From Acidobacteriota bacterium (GTDB lineage: Bacteria; Acidobacteriota; UBA6911; JACQSX01): DNA of 24,893 nucleotides. The notes under the pieces are model-generated. The model did not search any database. It had not been told where the DNA came from and was given only the letters and a program-made list of their open reading frames with translations. This document shows, piece after piece, positions 17,669 to 24,893 of this stretch (position 1 is the first letter of the stretch; each line of letters begins with the position of its first letter). The DNA lies in NCBI GenBank assembly GCA_036507075.1, contig DASXQR010000202.1, positions 1 to 24,893 of the forward strand. The letters run 5' to 3'. A program made the translations under genes and the position numbers.

Positions 17669-18619
17669 CTAGCGTTTTGGGGCGAAGTAGCCTTCTTTGG
17701 CGCGAATGCTCAACTTGGGCAGCCCTTCGGGGGGCTCCAATCGAACTTTTACCTTGCGCCACTTGCCGTCATGGGTCGCGTTGCTTGGAGTGTAGCCGAG
17801 CACGTACTGATTTCGCAGCTCGGTATGGATCAAATCGCAATAATAATCGAGCGACTTGAGGTTGTTGGGAAAAAAGGCCCGCCCTCCGGTGAGACTTACG
17901 ATTTCGCTGATGATTGACCGTCCATAGCCTTGGTCGCCCTTTTCACCGATGACGTAAATCTGAGCATCGGATTCCTTGGCAAAAGATTTAACATCGGAAA
18001 ACGTATAGCGGCTGCTGTTGTCCTCGCCGTCGGTGATTACAACCAGCGCTTTCTTGTCATTGTGCGCCTCGGTGAGCTTTTGCAATCCGGCGTAAATGGC
18101 ATCGTAGAGAGCGGTTCGTCCTTTGGCCCTCATCAGAGAAATCTGATTGCGGATGTTCTCGCCTTTGTTCGTGAAGTCCTGCGCCAGAGCCGCACGCTCA
18201 TTGAAGGCCACAAGGAAATACTCATCCTGCTGGGTGCCCTGCTCCAGAAATCGCAAAATCGAATTCTTGGCAGCCACCATGTTGTCAGACATGCTGCCGC
18301 TGATGTCCAGGATCACGCCTACGCTCAGCGGGGAGTTGTCATTGGAAAAATGCGTGATGGACTGCTCTACTTTGTTGTCGAAGACTTTGAAATGCTCTCT
18401 TTCCAGGCCTACCACATAGCGGTTGAGCGGGTCGGTCACCGCCGCACGAATCACCACCAGATCGACATTGGACCGAAATATAGAAGGGCGCTGCGCGACC
18501 TTCCCATCCGTAAGTTTGTTCTGACTGTTTATAAGCTCGGAGCTGAAGACCGTTGTGATCAGGAAAAGGAGAGAACCAACACACAGACCGCTTAGGGATG
18601 CAGCCCTGATCCTGGTCAT
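17669..18619 (-). CDS. Secreted VWA-domain protein (paralog of the downstream gene)
   Basis: MIDAS residues DISGSM...GRTALYDA...TDGEDN, plus ELRNQYVLGY and DGKWRKVKV. Strong SD AAGGAG 5 nt before ATG 18619, followed by a signal-like stretch. Confidence 0.9.
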   Translation of the reverse strand: MTRIRAASLSGLCVGSLLFLITTVFSSELINSQNKLTDGKVAQRPSIFRSNVDLVVIRAAVTDPLNRYVVGLEREHFKVFDNKVEQSITHFSNDNSPLSVGVILDISGSMSDNMVAAKNSILRFLEQGTQQDEYFLVAFNERAALAQDFTNKGENIRNQISLMRAKGRTALYDAIYAGLQKLTEAHNDKKALVVITDGEDNSSRYTFSDVKSFAKESDAQIYVIGEKGDQGYGRSIISEIVSLTGGRAFFPNNLKSLDYYCDLIHTELRNQYVLGYTPSNATHDGKWRKVKVRLEPPEGLPKLSIRAKEGYFAPKR

Positions 18620-18673
18620 ACCTACTCCTTTCCTAGAAGCGCCGGTTGGGTTCGGCCGGTACACATTAGGATA

Positions 18674-18703
18674 ATTGTAGGTAGGGAGGGTAAGGGAAGT
18701 CAA
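18674..18703 (-). promoter_or_regulatory. Sigma70-type promoter for the upstream VWA gene
   Basis: Minus strand TTGACT (18703-18698), 18 nt spacer, TACAAT (18679-18674), about 55 nt upstream of ATG 18619. Confidence 0.6.
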
Positions 18704-18713
18704 TCAAACGAAC

Positions 18714-18852
18714 CAGCGGCCGATTTTCGCGAATTGACACGGATAGAAACAGGCCGCTGATTTACGCAAATTACGCCGATATTCTTCCGACTTCCAGACT
18801 TTCGACTTTCGACCTTCGATTTTCGACTTGGGATTTTCGACTTTCAGACTTT
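18714..18852. repeat. Repeat cluster J: degenerate 25-nt duplication plus an unpaired CTTTCGA heptamer array
   Basis: CGATTTTCGCGAATTGACACGGATA (18721-18745) resembles TGATTTACGCAAATTACGCCGATA (18758-18781). About nine CTTTCGA-like units lie at 18784-18852, just downstream of the ftsK stop. Confidence 0.8.
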
Positions 18853-18861
18853 TGCCGGCGG

Positions 18862-21195
18862 TTACAGCCGTTCATCCATTTCGCGGAAGTATTCCGGGCT
18901 TTTCAGCACTTCGCGGGGCTTGCTGCCGTCGGCGGGTCCCACGATGCCTTCTCTTTCCATCATGTCGATCAGCCGGGCCGCCCTGCCATAGCCGATCCGA
19001 AAGCGACGCTGCAGCGCCGAAGTTGAGGCCTTGCCGATCTCAACAACAAAGCGCGCAGATTCCTGGTACAGCTCGTCGTCCCAGTCGTCGTCCAGTGGCT
19101 CTTCGGCAGGTAAAATACCGGGATCATCCAGGATCTCTTCGTTATAGCTGGGATCAGCTTGTTTCTTGAGAAACGTGACCATGCTGTGAATTTCCTTTTC
19201 ACTGACATAGGCGCCGTGGATGCGGATCAGGCGCGAAGTTCCGGGCGGCAGGAACAGCATGTCTCCCAGACCGAGCAGTTGTTCGGCGCCGTTGGTATCC
19301 AGGATCGTCCTGCTGTCGATTTTCGAGGAGACGCGGAACGATATCCGGCTGGGGAAATTGGCTTTGATCAGCCCTGTAATCACGTCGACGCTGGGTCGCT
19401 GGGTGGCGAGAATCAGGTGAATTCCCACGGCTCGGGCCATCTGGGCCAGCCGCGTGATCGATTCCTCAACTTCCTTGGCTGCAATCATCATCAAGTCGGC
19501 CAGTTCATCGATGATCACCACGATGTAGGACATCCACTCGTGCTGGCTTTCCTGATCCGCTTCGAAAGCGCCTGATTCCACCATTCCGTTGTATTGATCA
19601 ATGTTCCGCACGCCCAGGCTGGCCAGTTTCTTGTAGCGGTTTTCCATTTCCGTGACCGCCCAGTTAAGCGCGTTTGCGGCCCGTTTGGGATCCGTCACGA
19701 TGGGCGTGAGCAGGTGGGGAATTCCTTCGTACACGCCCAGCTCCAGGCGCTTGGGATCGATCATGATGAACTTGACCTGTTGCGGGTTTGCCTTGTAAAG
19801 CATGGAGCAAACCATCGAATTTAGCGCCACGCTCTTGCCCGATCCCGTCGCTCCCGCTATCAGCAGATGCGGCATCTTTTTTAGATCGCTTACATAGGTC
19901 TCGCCATGGATCAGTTTCCCCAGAGCGAGAGTAAGCAGTGACTTCGATCGCGAAAAGGCGTCCGAGCTTATGATTTCGCGCAAAAAGATAGACTCGCGCT
20001 TCAAATTAGGAACCTCGATTCCCACGGTATGCTTGCCCGGAATGCGGTCAATTCGGATCGATTCTGCGCGCATGGCAAGGCACAAATCATCCACCAGGTT
20101 GGTCAGCCTGCTGTACTTGACGCCCGCTTCCGGTTTGAATTCATAGGTGGTAACCACCGGCCCGGGATGGATCTGCTCGACTCCTCCCAACACATCAAAT
20201 TCATGACACTTTCGCGTCAGTTGATCGGCCCTTTCCAGCAACTCCGCTTCCTCAATGGAATTGTGTTCGGAAGGAGGCCGTAGAAATTCCACGCTGGGGA
20301 GACGGAAGTCCTCGGTCTTCTTTTCCGGCCGTAACACCCGCTCCGGCTTTCCGGGCTCGGCAACTCGCGCGTTGATAACGGGCGCTACGAGTTCGGCTGC
20401 GGAGAGAACACTCGCCGGGCTCGCCTGGGTTTCCCTGGCTGCTTGTCTTTCCATTGCGGGGGTGCTGTAGACAGAAGGAGAAGGCGGAACAGGTCTCTCC
20501 GACCTCTCGACGTCCCGCTGTCTCTCCGGCGCAATTTCAGCCGCAACCCTGGGTTTACCCCGCGCATTGTCGGGACTGTTTTGAAACTCACGGGCTGGCC
20601 GGTAGTCCTTGCGTCGGAAGATTCTCAGCGAGGGGAAGGGAAGGCGCGGGAGCCGGATGGTTTCAATTTTATCCAGGCACTCCGCCAGCGAAACCGAAGT
20701 GCTCAGAAGCAGGCTCAAGACTAATGCGGTACAGAACAGAATGATGCTGCCCGTTACGTTCCAGTAGCGGACCATTTGATGCTTCACAAAGACACCCAGG
20801 GTTCCGCCGGGAGGAAAATTTGCAATCGAGATCCAGCGCGGCGAATAAAGCTCCAGAATGGCGGCGACACTCACCACCAGCCCGGCCAGGCCGATGGCCC
20901 GCGAGTACGGGGCGTCTGCCGGGCGTGAGCGAATTCTCTTGTAGCCGATCACAAGTAATGCCGGCGGAATCACAAACGCCGCGTATCCAAGAATCTGGAA
21001 CAGCAAGTCTGCGCACATTGCCCCCAGCTTGCCGGCCGAATTCTGGTAGCTTTCGTGAGTCGCGGTCACACTGGCGGAGGGATCGTAAGCATCGTAGCTG
21101 ACCAGGCAAACGAAAACCAAAAGCGAGGCGGACCATGCCAGGATTCCCAGCATTTCGTTCAGGCGGCTGTTCTTCCAGGTTTGCGCTTCACGCAT
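18862..21195 (-). CDS. ftsK: DNA translocase FtsK/SpoIIIE
   Basis: N-terminal 4-TM domain, GPVVTTYE, PHLLIAGATGSGKS, IDELADLMM, LATQRPSVDVITG and gamma domain LQRRFRIGYGRAARLID. Confidence 0.97.
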   Translation of the reverse strand: MREAQTWKNSRLNEMLGILAWSASLLVFVCLVSYDAYDPSASVTATHESYQNSAGKLGAMCADLLFQILGYAAFVIPPALLVIGYKRIRSRPADAPYSRAIGLAGLVVSVAAILELYSPRWISIANFPPGGTLGVFVKHQMVRYWNVTGSIILFCTALVLSLLLSTSVSLAECLDKIETIRLPRLPFPSLRIFRRKDYRPAREFQNSPDNARGKPRVAAEIAPERQRDVERSERPVPPSPSVYSTPAMERQAARETQASPASVLSAAELVAPVINARVAEPGKPERVLRPEKKTEDFRLPSVEFLRPPSEHNSIEEAELLERADQLTRKCHEFDVLGGVEQIHPGPVVTTYEFKPEAGVKYSRLTNLVDDLCLAMRAESIRIDRIPGKHTVGIEVPNLKRESIFLREIISSDAFSRSKSLLTLALGKLIHGETYVSDLKKMPHLLIAGATGSGKSVALNSMVCSMLYKANPQQVKFIMIDPKRLELGVYEGIPHLLTPIVTDPKRAANALNWAVTEMENRYKKLASLGVRNIDQYNGMVESGAFEADQESQHEWMSYIVVIIDELADLMMIAAKEVEESITRLAQMARAVGIHLILATQRPSVDVITGLIKANFPSRISFRVSSKIDSRTILDTNGAEQLLGLGDMLFLPPGTSRLIRIHGAYVSEKEIHSMVTFLKKQADPSYNEEILDDPGILPAEEPLDDDWDDELYQESARFVVEIGKASTSALQRRFRIGYGRAARLIDMMEREGIVGPADGSKPREVLKSPEYFREMDERL

Positions 21196-21202
21196 ACTTC
21201 TT

Positions 21203-22864
21203 TCAAGCCTCCATGATGACCGGTAATATGATCGGTCTCTTCTGTTTCTGCTTATAGAAATACTTTTTTAAGGCCTTGCGCAGGATCTCCTTGAACAAAC
21301 TTTCGTCCTGCTTTTCTTCGATCGGAGTAATGGCAACCAGTTCGTGAATCAAATTGCGGGTGTTTTCAAAGAACTCCCCTGATTCTTCTTCATGCAGGAA
21401 CCCGCGGGTGATGATTTCAACGCGATCTTCGATCTGGCCTGTGCCACGGTCTATCTTCACGATCGCGACTACAAACCCGTCCTCTGAAAGGAAGCGCCGG
21501 TCACGAAGCACGACGTCATGGATCTCCTCGGCCAGTTCCTCATCCAGAAACCGCCGCCCGATTGGCAGTTTCTCGCCCAGTGTAATTTCGCTGGGTGTAA
21601 CACGAAGACAGTCGCCGTCTTCGAGAATCTTCACACGTTTTTCGTCCAGTCCCACTCCCAGGGCAATGTCGGCGTGAAATTTGAGCTGGCGGTACTCTCC
21701 ATGAATCGGCACGAAGAACTGGGGTCGCGTCATGCTGATCATCAGCTTCAGTTCTTCCTGGCTGGCATGACCGGATACATGAACGCGTTCCATATGCTCG
21801 TCCAACACGACGGCGCCCCGCTTGGAGAGGTGGTTCACCATGTTGGAAATGCGCCTTTCATTGCCGGGAATAACACGGGTCGAAAGGATGACCATGTCTT
21901 CCGGTTCCAGGTAAACACCCTTGTATTCGTCGACGGCCAACCGGGAAAGGGCCGACATCGGTTCGCCCTGGCTTCCTGACGAAAGAATCAGAAGCCTTTC
22001 CGGGGGTAGGAATTTGACTTCGGGAAGACCGATCATCGTGTCTTCGGGCGGGCGCAGGAAGCCCAGAGAAATTCCCACATTTACGGCGTTGCCCATGCTT
22101 CTGCCGATTATGGCAACCTTTCGGTCAAACTTCTGCGCCAGATCGAGCAAGATTTGTATGCGGTGCAGGTTTGAAGAAAAACATGAGGCAATGATCTTCT
22201 TCTTAGCGCGGAGAAACACTTTTTCCAGGCCAAGGTAGAGCGAAGATTCTGCCGGTGTGAACCCGGCACGCTCGCTGTTGGTGCTGTCGGAAAGCAGGAC
22301 GCGCACGCCTCGTTCGCCATAATGATTGAGGCGTGAAAAGTCGGTGAGAATCTTATCCACGGGCGACTGGTCGAGCTTGAAGTCACCGGTGTGCAGTATC
22401 ACGCCTACCGGTGTTTCAATGGCCAGCGCCATCGAATCGGGAATGGAGTGTGTTACATGGATAAATTCAATTCCGAACGGACCAAGCTGCACCCGGTCGC
22501 GCGACTTGATGACGTGCAGGTCGGCTCTTTCCAGAAGCCCGCGTTCCCTCAGCTTTCCTTCAAGCAAGCCGAGCGTGAGCCGAGAACCATAGATGGGCGC
22601 CGGATATTGGGGCAAGAGGTAGGGGATACCGCCAATGTGGTCCTCGTGTCCGTGCGTGAGAACGATGGCGAGCAGTGCCAGAGAGATTCGGGACAGGTAG
22701 GTGAAGTCGGGCGCCACAAAATCAACGCCCAGCAGATCGTCACCGGGAAACATGATCCCGGCATCGACGATGATCCCCTCGCTGCCGTATTTGAGCAGCA
22801 GGGTATTCATGCCGAACTCGCCCAGGCCGCCAAACGGAATAATCTGAAGTTCGTTGTCTTGCAA
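21203..22864 (-). CDS. rnj: Ribonuclease J (beta-CASP metallo-beta-lactamase)
   Basis: Motifs PFGGLGEFGMN, THGHEDHIG, HSIPD, HTGDFK, DSTN, GSQGEP, HVSGHA and PIHGEYR. TTG start. Confidence 0.96.
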   Translation of the reverse strand: MQDNELQIIPFGGLGEFGMNTLLLKYGSEGIIVDAGIMFPGDDLLGVDFVAPDFTYLSRISLALLAIVLTHGHEDHIGGIPYLLPQYPAPIYGSRLTLGLLEGKLRERGLLERADLHVIKSRDRVQLGPFGIEFIHVTHSIPDSMALAIETPVGVILHTGDFKLDQSPVDKILTDFSRLNHYGERGVRVLLSDSTNSERAGFTPAESSLYLGLEKVFLRAKKKIIASCFSSNLHRIQILLDLAQKFDRKVAIIGRSMGNAVNVGISLGFLRPPEDTMIGLPEVKFLPPERLLILSSGSQGEPMSALSRLAVDEYKGVYLEPEDMVILSTRVIPGNERRISNMVNHLSKRGAVVLDEHMERVHVSGHASQEELKLMISMTRPQFFVPIHGEYRQLKFHADIALGVGLDEKRVKILEDGDCLRVTPSEITLGEKLPIGRRFLDEELAEEIHDVVLRDRRFLSEDGFVVAIVKIDRGTGQIEDRVEIITRGFLHEEESGEFFENTRNLIHELVAITPIEEKQDESLFKEILRKALKKYFYKQKQKRPIILPVIMEA

Positions 22865-22909
22865 TCTATTCGATACGAGTGCTCCCGCCGGATGTAATCT
22901 GCCACTGGG

Positions 22910-22938
22910 ATTATAAAGTGACTGCTTCTAAATGTCGA
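22910..22938 (-). promoter_or_regulatory. Sigma70-type promoter for rnj-ftsK
   Basis: Minus strand TCGACA (22938-22933), 17 nt spacer, TATAAT (22915-22910), about 45 nt upstream of the rnj start. Confidence 0.7.
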
Positions 22939-22967
22939 GAGTCCAGAGATTTAGGAAACGGGTTCAC

Positions 22968-23258
22968 GTCAGTTGTCCGTGGTCCGTTGTCGGAAGGCGG
23001 AAAGCGGAAAGCGGAAGGCGGAAAGCGGAAGGCGGAAGGCGGAAGGCGGAAAGCGGAAGGCGGAAGGCGGAAGGCCGAAAGCGGAAGGCGGAAGGCGGAA
23101 GGAACCGGAAAGCGCGAAAGGTGGGCCAAGTCGGCGGGCCGCTCACTCCGTTCGCGCTCGGATGGCGTACAATACGACCACTCTCTATCCTCTGCTTCCT
23201 CCTTCCTGCTTCCTGCTGCCTGCTTCCTGCTTTCCGCCTTCTGCCTTCCGACAACTGA
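22968..23258. repeat. Fold-back element K: CGGAARG x16 / CTGCTTC-CCGCCTT x8 nested inside GTTGTCC/GACAACT arms
   Basis: Outer arms 22968-22991 and 23250-23258. Inner arrays 22991-23102 and 23192-23250. Confidence 0.93.
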
Positions 23259-23269
23259 GCACGAACGAT

Positions 23270-24055
23270 TCACTTGGCAATCAGCCTTGCCAAAGCCAGG
23301 TATTTTTCGACGGGTATTTCCTCCGGCCTTGCGCCGGGCGGAATTCCTGCGGCAGACAGCAGGGACGGGTCAAAGCGGCTGGCCTTGAGGTTGTTTTGAA
23401 TGGTCTTGCGGCGATGTGTGAAGCTGGCGCTCAGCAGGCTCTTTGTCAGTTCCCAAAGTTCTCGTTCAAGCAGCAGGTCCCGGCGGGGTGTCAGTCGCAG
23501 CACCATGGAATCGACTTTCGGTTTGGGGAAGAAAGCGGCCCGGGAAACCTGAAAACCCTTTTCAATGCGAAACGCCAGCGAGCAGAGGCATGAAAGATAA
23601 CCATAATCCTTCGACCCGGGAACGGCCCAGATCCTGTGGGCCACTTCCCTTTGGACCATGAAGATCAGCTCCGAGATCAAAGGCTTCCATTCAGGTTCGG
23701 CGAATTTCTGGATCAGGTGGGTGGCAACATTATAGGGCAGATTGCCGAAGAACTTTCTGGGGTGCTCGCCGGGCAAATTCGAAGGTTCCAGAGTGCGCGC
23801 ATCGGCCAGCCACAGGCGTGCGGCGGGATGCGTCTTGAACAATACGGCCAGCGGCCCCCGCGCCAGTTCCGGATCAATCTCAACAGCGATCAATTCCTGG
23901 CTGATCTCCAGCAGACGCGCGGTAAGGGCGCCGTCGCCCGGGCCAATTTCAACGAGAGGTTCGCCTGGCCGAACGTGACCAAATTGAATGATCTTGCTTA
24001 TCGTACCGGGGCTTCTGAGGAAACTCTGACCGAGTGATTTCTTCGGGTGAGTCAT
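23270..24055 (-). CDS. rsmA: 16S rRNA adenine dimethyltransferase KsgA/RsmA
   Basis: Motifs KKSLGQSFL, EIGPGDGALT, VEID, GNLPYNV, MVQREVA, FFPKPKVDS and FTHRRKTIQNNL. Confidence 0.95.
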   Translation of the reverse strand: MTHPKKSLGQSFLRSPGTISKIIQFGHVRPGEPLVEIGPGDGALTARLLEISQELIAVEIDPELARGPLAVLFKTHPAARLWLADARTLEPSNLPGEHPRKFFGNLPYNVATHLIQKFAEPEWKPLISELIFMVQREVAHRIWAVPGSKDYGYLSCLCSLAFRIEKGFQVSRAAFFPKPKVDSMVLRLTPRRDLLLERELWELTKSLLSASFTHRRKTIQNNLKASRFDPSLLSAAGIPPGARPEEIPVEKYLALARLIAK

Positions 24056-24144
24056 TTTGGATTTTTTATGCTAGCATGAGATGTTTGTCTTATACGGTAA
24101 TGCTCGTCAGAGAGGCCGAGTTTTTGAAACAGAGGAGAACTTAA

Positions 24145-24483
24145 ATGAGTGGCAAGGTCTTGGACGTAACGGACACCAGCTTTGAACAGGAAGTATTGAA
24201 GGCGGACAAGCCTGTCTTGGTGGATTTCTGGGCATCCTGGTGCGCGCCTTGTCGCATGCTGGCTCCTGCCGTCGAGGCGATCGCCGACCAGTACGATGGC
24301 CGCGCCAAAATTGCGAAGTTGAACGTTGACGAGAACAGCGCCACGTCCGCCCGGTACAACATTAAAGGCATTCCAACGCTGCTTCTCTTTAAAGATGGCG
24401 TCATCAAAGAACAGATCGTGGGCGCCACCTCGAAGGAAAACATCGCCAAAATGATCGAAATGCACCTTTCTGGCGGCAGGTAA
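24145..24483 (+). CDS. trxA: Thioredoxin
   Basis: VLVDFWASWCAPCRM and IPTLLLFKDG. SD AGGAG upstream of the ATG. Confidence 0.96.
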   Translation: MSGKVLDVTDTSFEQEVLKADKPVLVDFWASWCAPCRMLAPAVEAIADQYDGRAKIAKLNVDENSATSARYNIKGIPTLLLFKDGVIKEQIVGATSKENIAKMIEMHLSGGR

Positions 24484-24549
24484 ACTCGATCGAGTCAGAT
24501 CCGGGGCATTCGAATTTCATCCCGAGGGGCTACGAGCCTGAAAAAATCC

Positions 24550-24575
24550 ACCACAAAGGCACGGAGGACACAGGG
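24550..24575 (+). repeat. Single ACCACAAAG-type arm
   Basis: ACCACAAAG GCACGGAG GACACAGGG has the same pattern as the left arm of element E. The partner is absent or decayed (CTCTCTGTAC nearby). Confidence 0.6.
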
Positions 24576-24657
24576 GAGCTAAAAGTCTCTCTGTACTACT
24601 AGTAATGCAAATTTTCGCGGCACGGGACAATTCTAGTCATAAAAGACCAACAAAAAC

Positions 24658-24893
24658 CGTCCACGTGCACGAGCACGAGCACGCCAACGTCCACATTCAC
24701 GTTTCTGACGGACGAGGTCTCAGTGTCGCTAGTTTCTGACTCACCGGCGTCGTGCAATCGGATCGGTTTTGAACGTGGAAGAAGGATGGGAGATGGTGGA
24801 ACACGGCGTTCCACGGCGACCGAATCTGAATACGTTGGACGTCAGGCGTAATCGTAGTCGTGCCCGTTGACGTGCTCGTGCTCGTGGACGTAG
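24658..24893. repeat. Fold-back element L: CACGAG / CTCGTG hexamer arms around a ~140-nt spacer, truncated by the window edge
   Basis: CGTCCACGTGCACGAGCACGAGCACGCCAACG from 24658 pairs with CGTTGACGTGCTCGTGCTCGTGGACG (24865-24890). Confidence 0.88.

Noticed and set aside
16256..18619. Tandem VWA genes as a novel system
   Set aside because: Paralogous secreted VWA proteins of this type are a known expanded family in Acidobacteria, and no MoxR ATPase or other partner is adjacent.
4532..23258. CRISPR array interpretation of the repeats
   Set aside because: Units are 6-9 nt, directly tandem and degenerate. There are no 23-47 nt repeats with unique regular spacers and no cas genes.
22879..23593. 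Several ORFs with RRKAEG / SAFRLP repeats (22879..23388, 22911..23273, 22932..23258, 22964..23254, 22973..23593)
   Set aside because: They are translations of the stop-free heptamer array, open in several frames on both strands. Some overlap rsmA or the rnj promoter, and none has a recognisable domain.
24229..24255. Thioredoxin WCAPC instead of WCGPC
   Set aside because: A common natural variant; both cysteines are intact.

Overview
A 24.9 kb, GC-rich bacterial housekeeping region. Tandem VWA genes and a DUF6599-like gene suggest Acidobacteriota (inference). It holds 18 credible CDS: valS-nadC-birA, ftsY, a TIM-barrel isomerase/SMP-30 lactonase fusion, then on the minus strand rsmA, rnj-ftsK, two VWA proteins, ilvE-pilT-recX, alaS, a lytic transglycosylase, a DUF5655-like and a DUF6599-like gene, and finally trxA on plus. 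I found no RNA gene, transposase or CRISPR array. The striking signal is non-coding. All 12 non-coding stretches longer than 100 bp, including both window ends, carry arrays of degenerate 6-9 nt tandem repeats from about nine different unit families. Most are arranged as inverted 'fold-back' arm pairs around a short spacer. Three are symmetrically nested (one repeat family inside another, up to three layers). One 101-bp element occurs twice, 8460 bp apart, with identical arm spacing, and six loci share a terminal motif ACCRCNAAG. This looks like a family of tiny non-autonomous mobile or hairpin-forming elements whose enzyme is not encoded in this window. All alignments were done by eye and no database searches were run.
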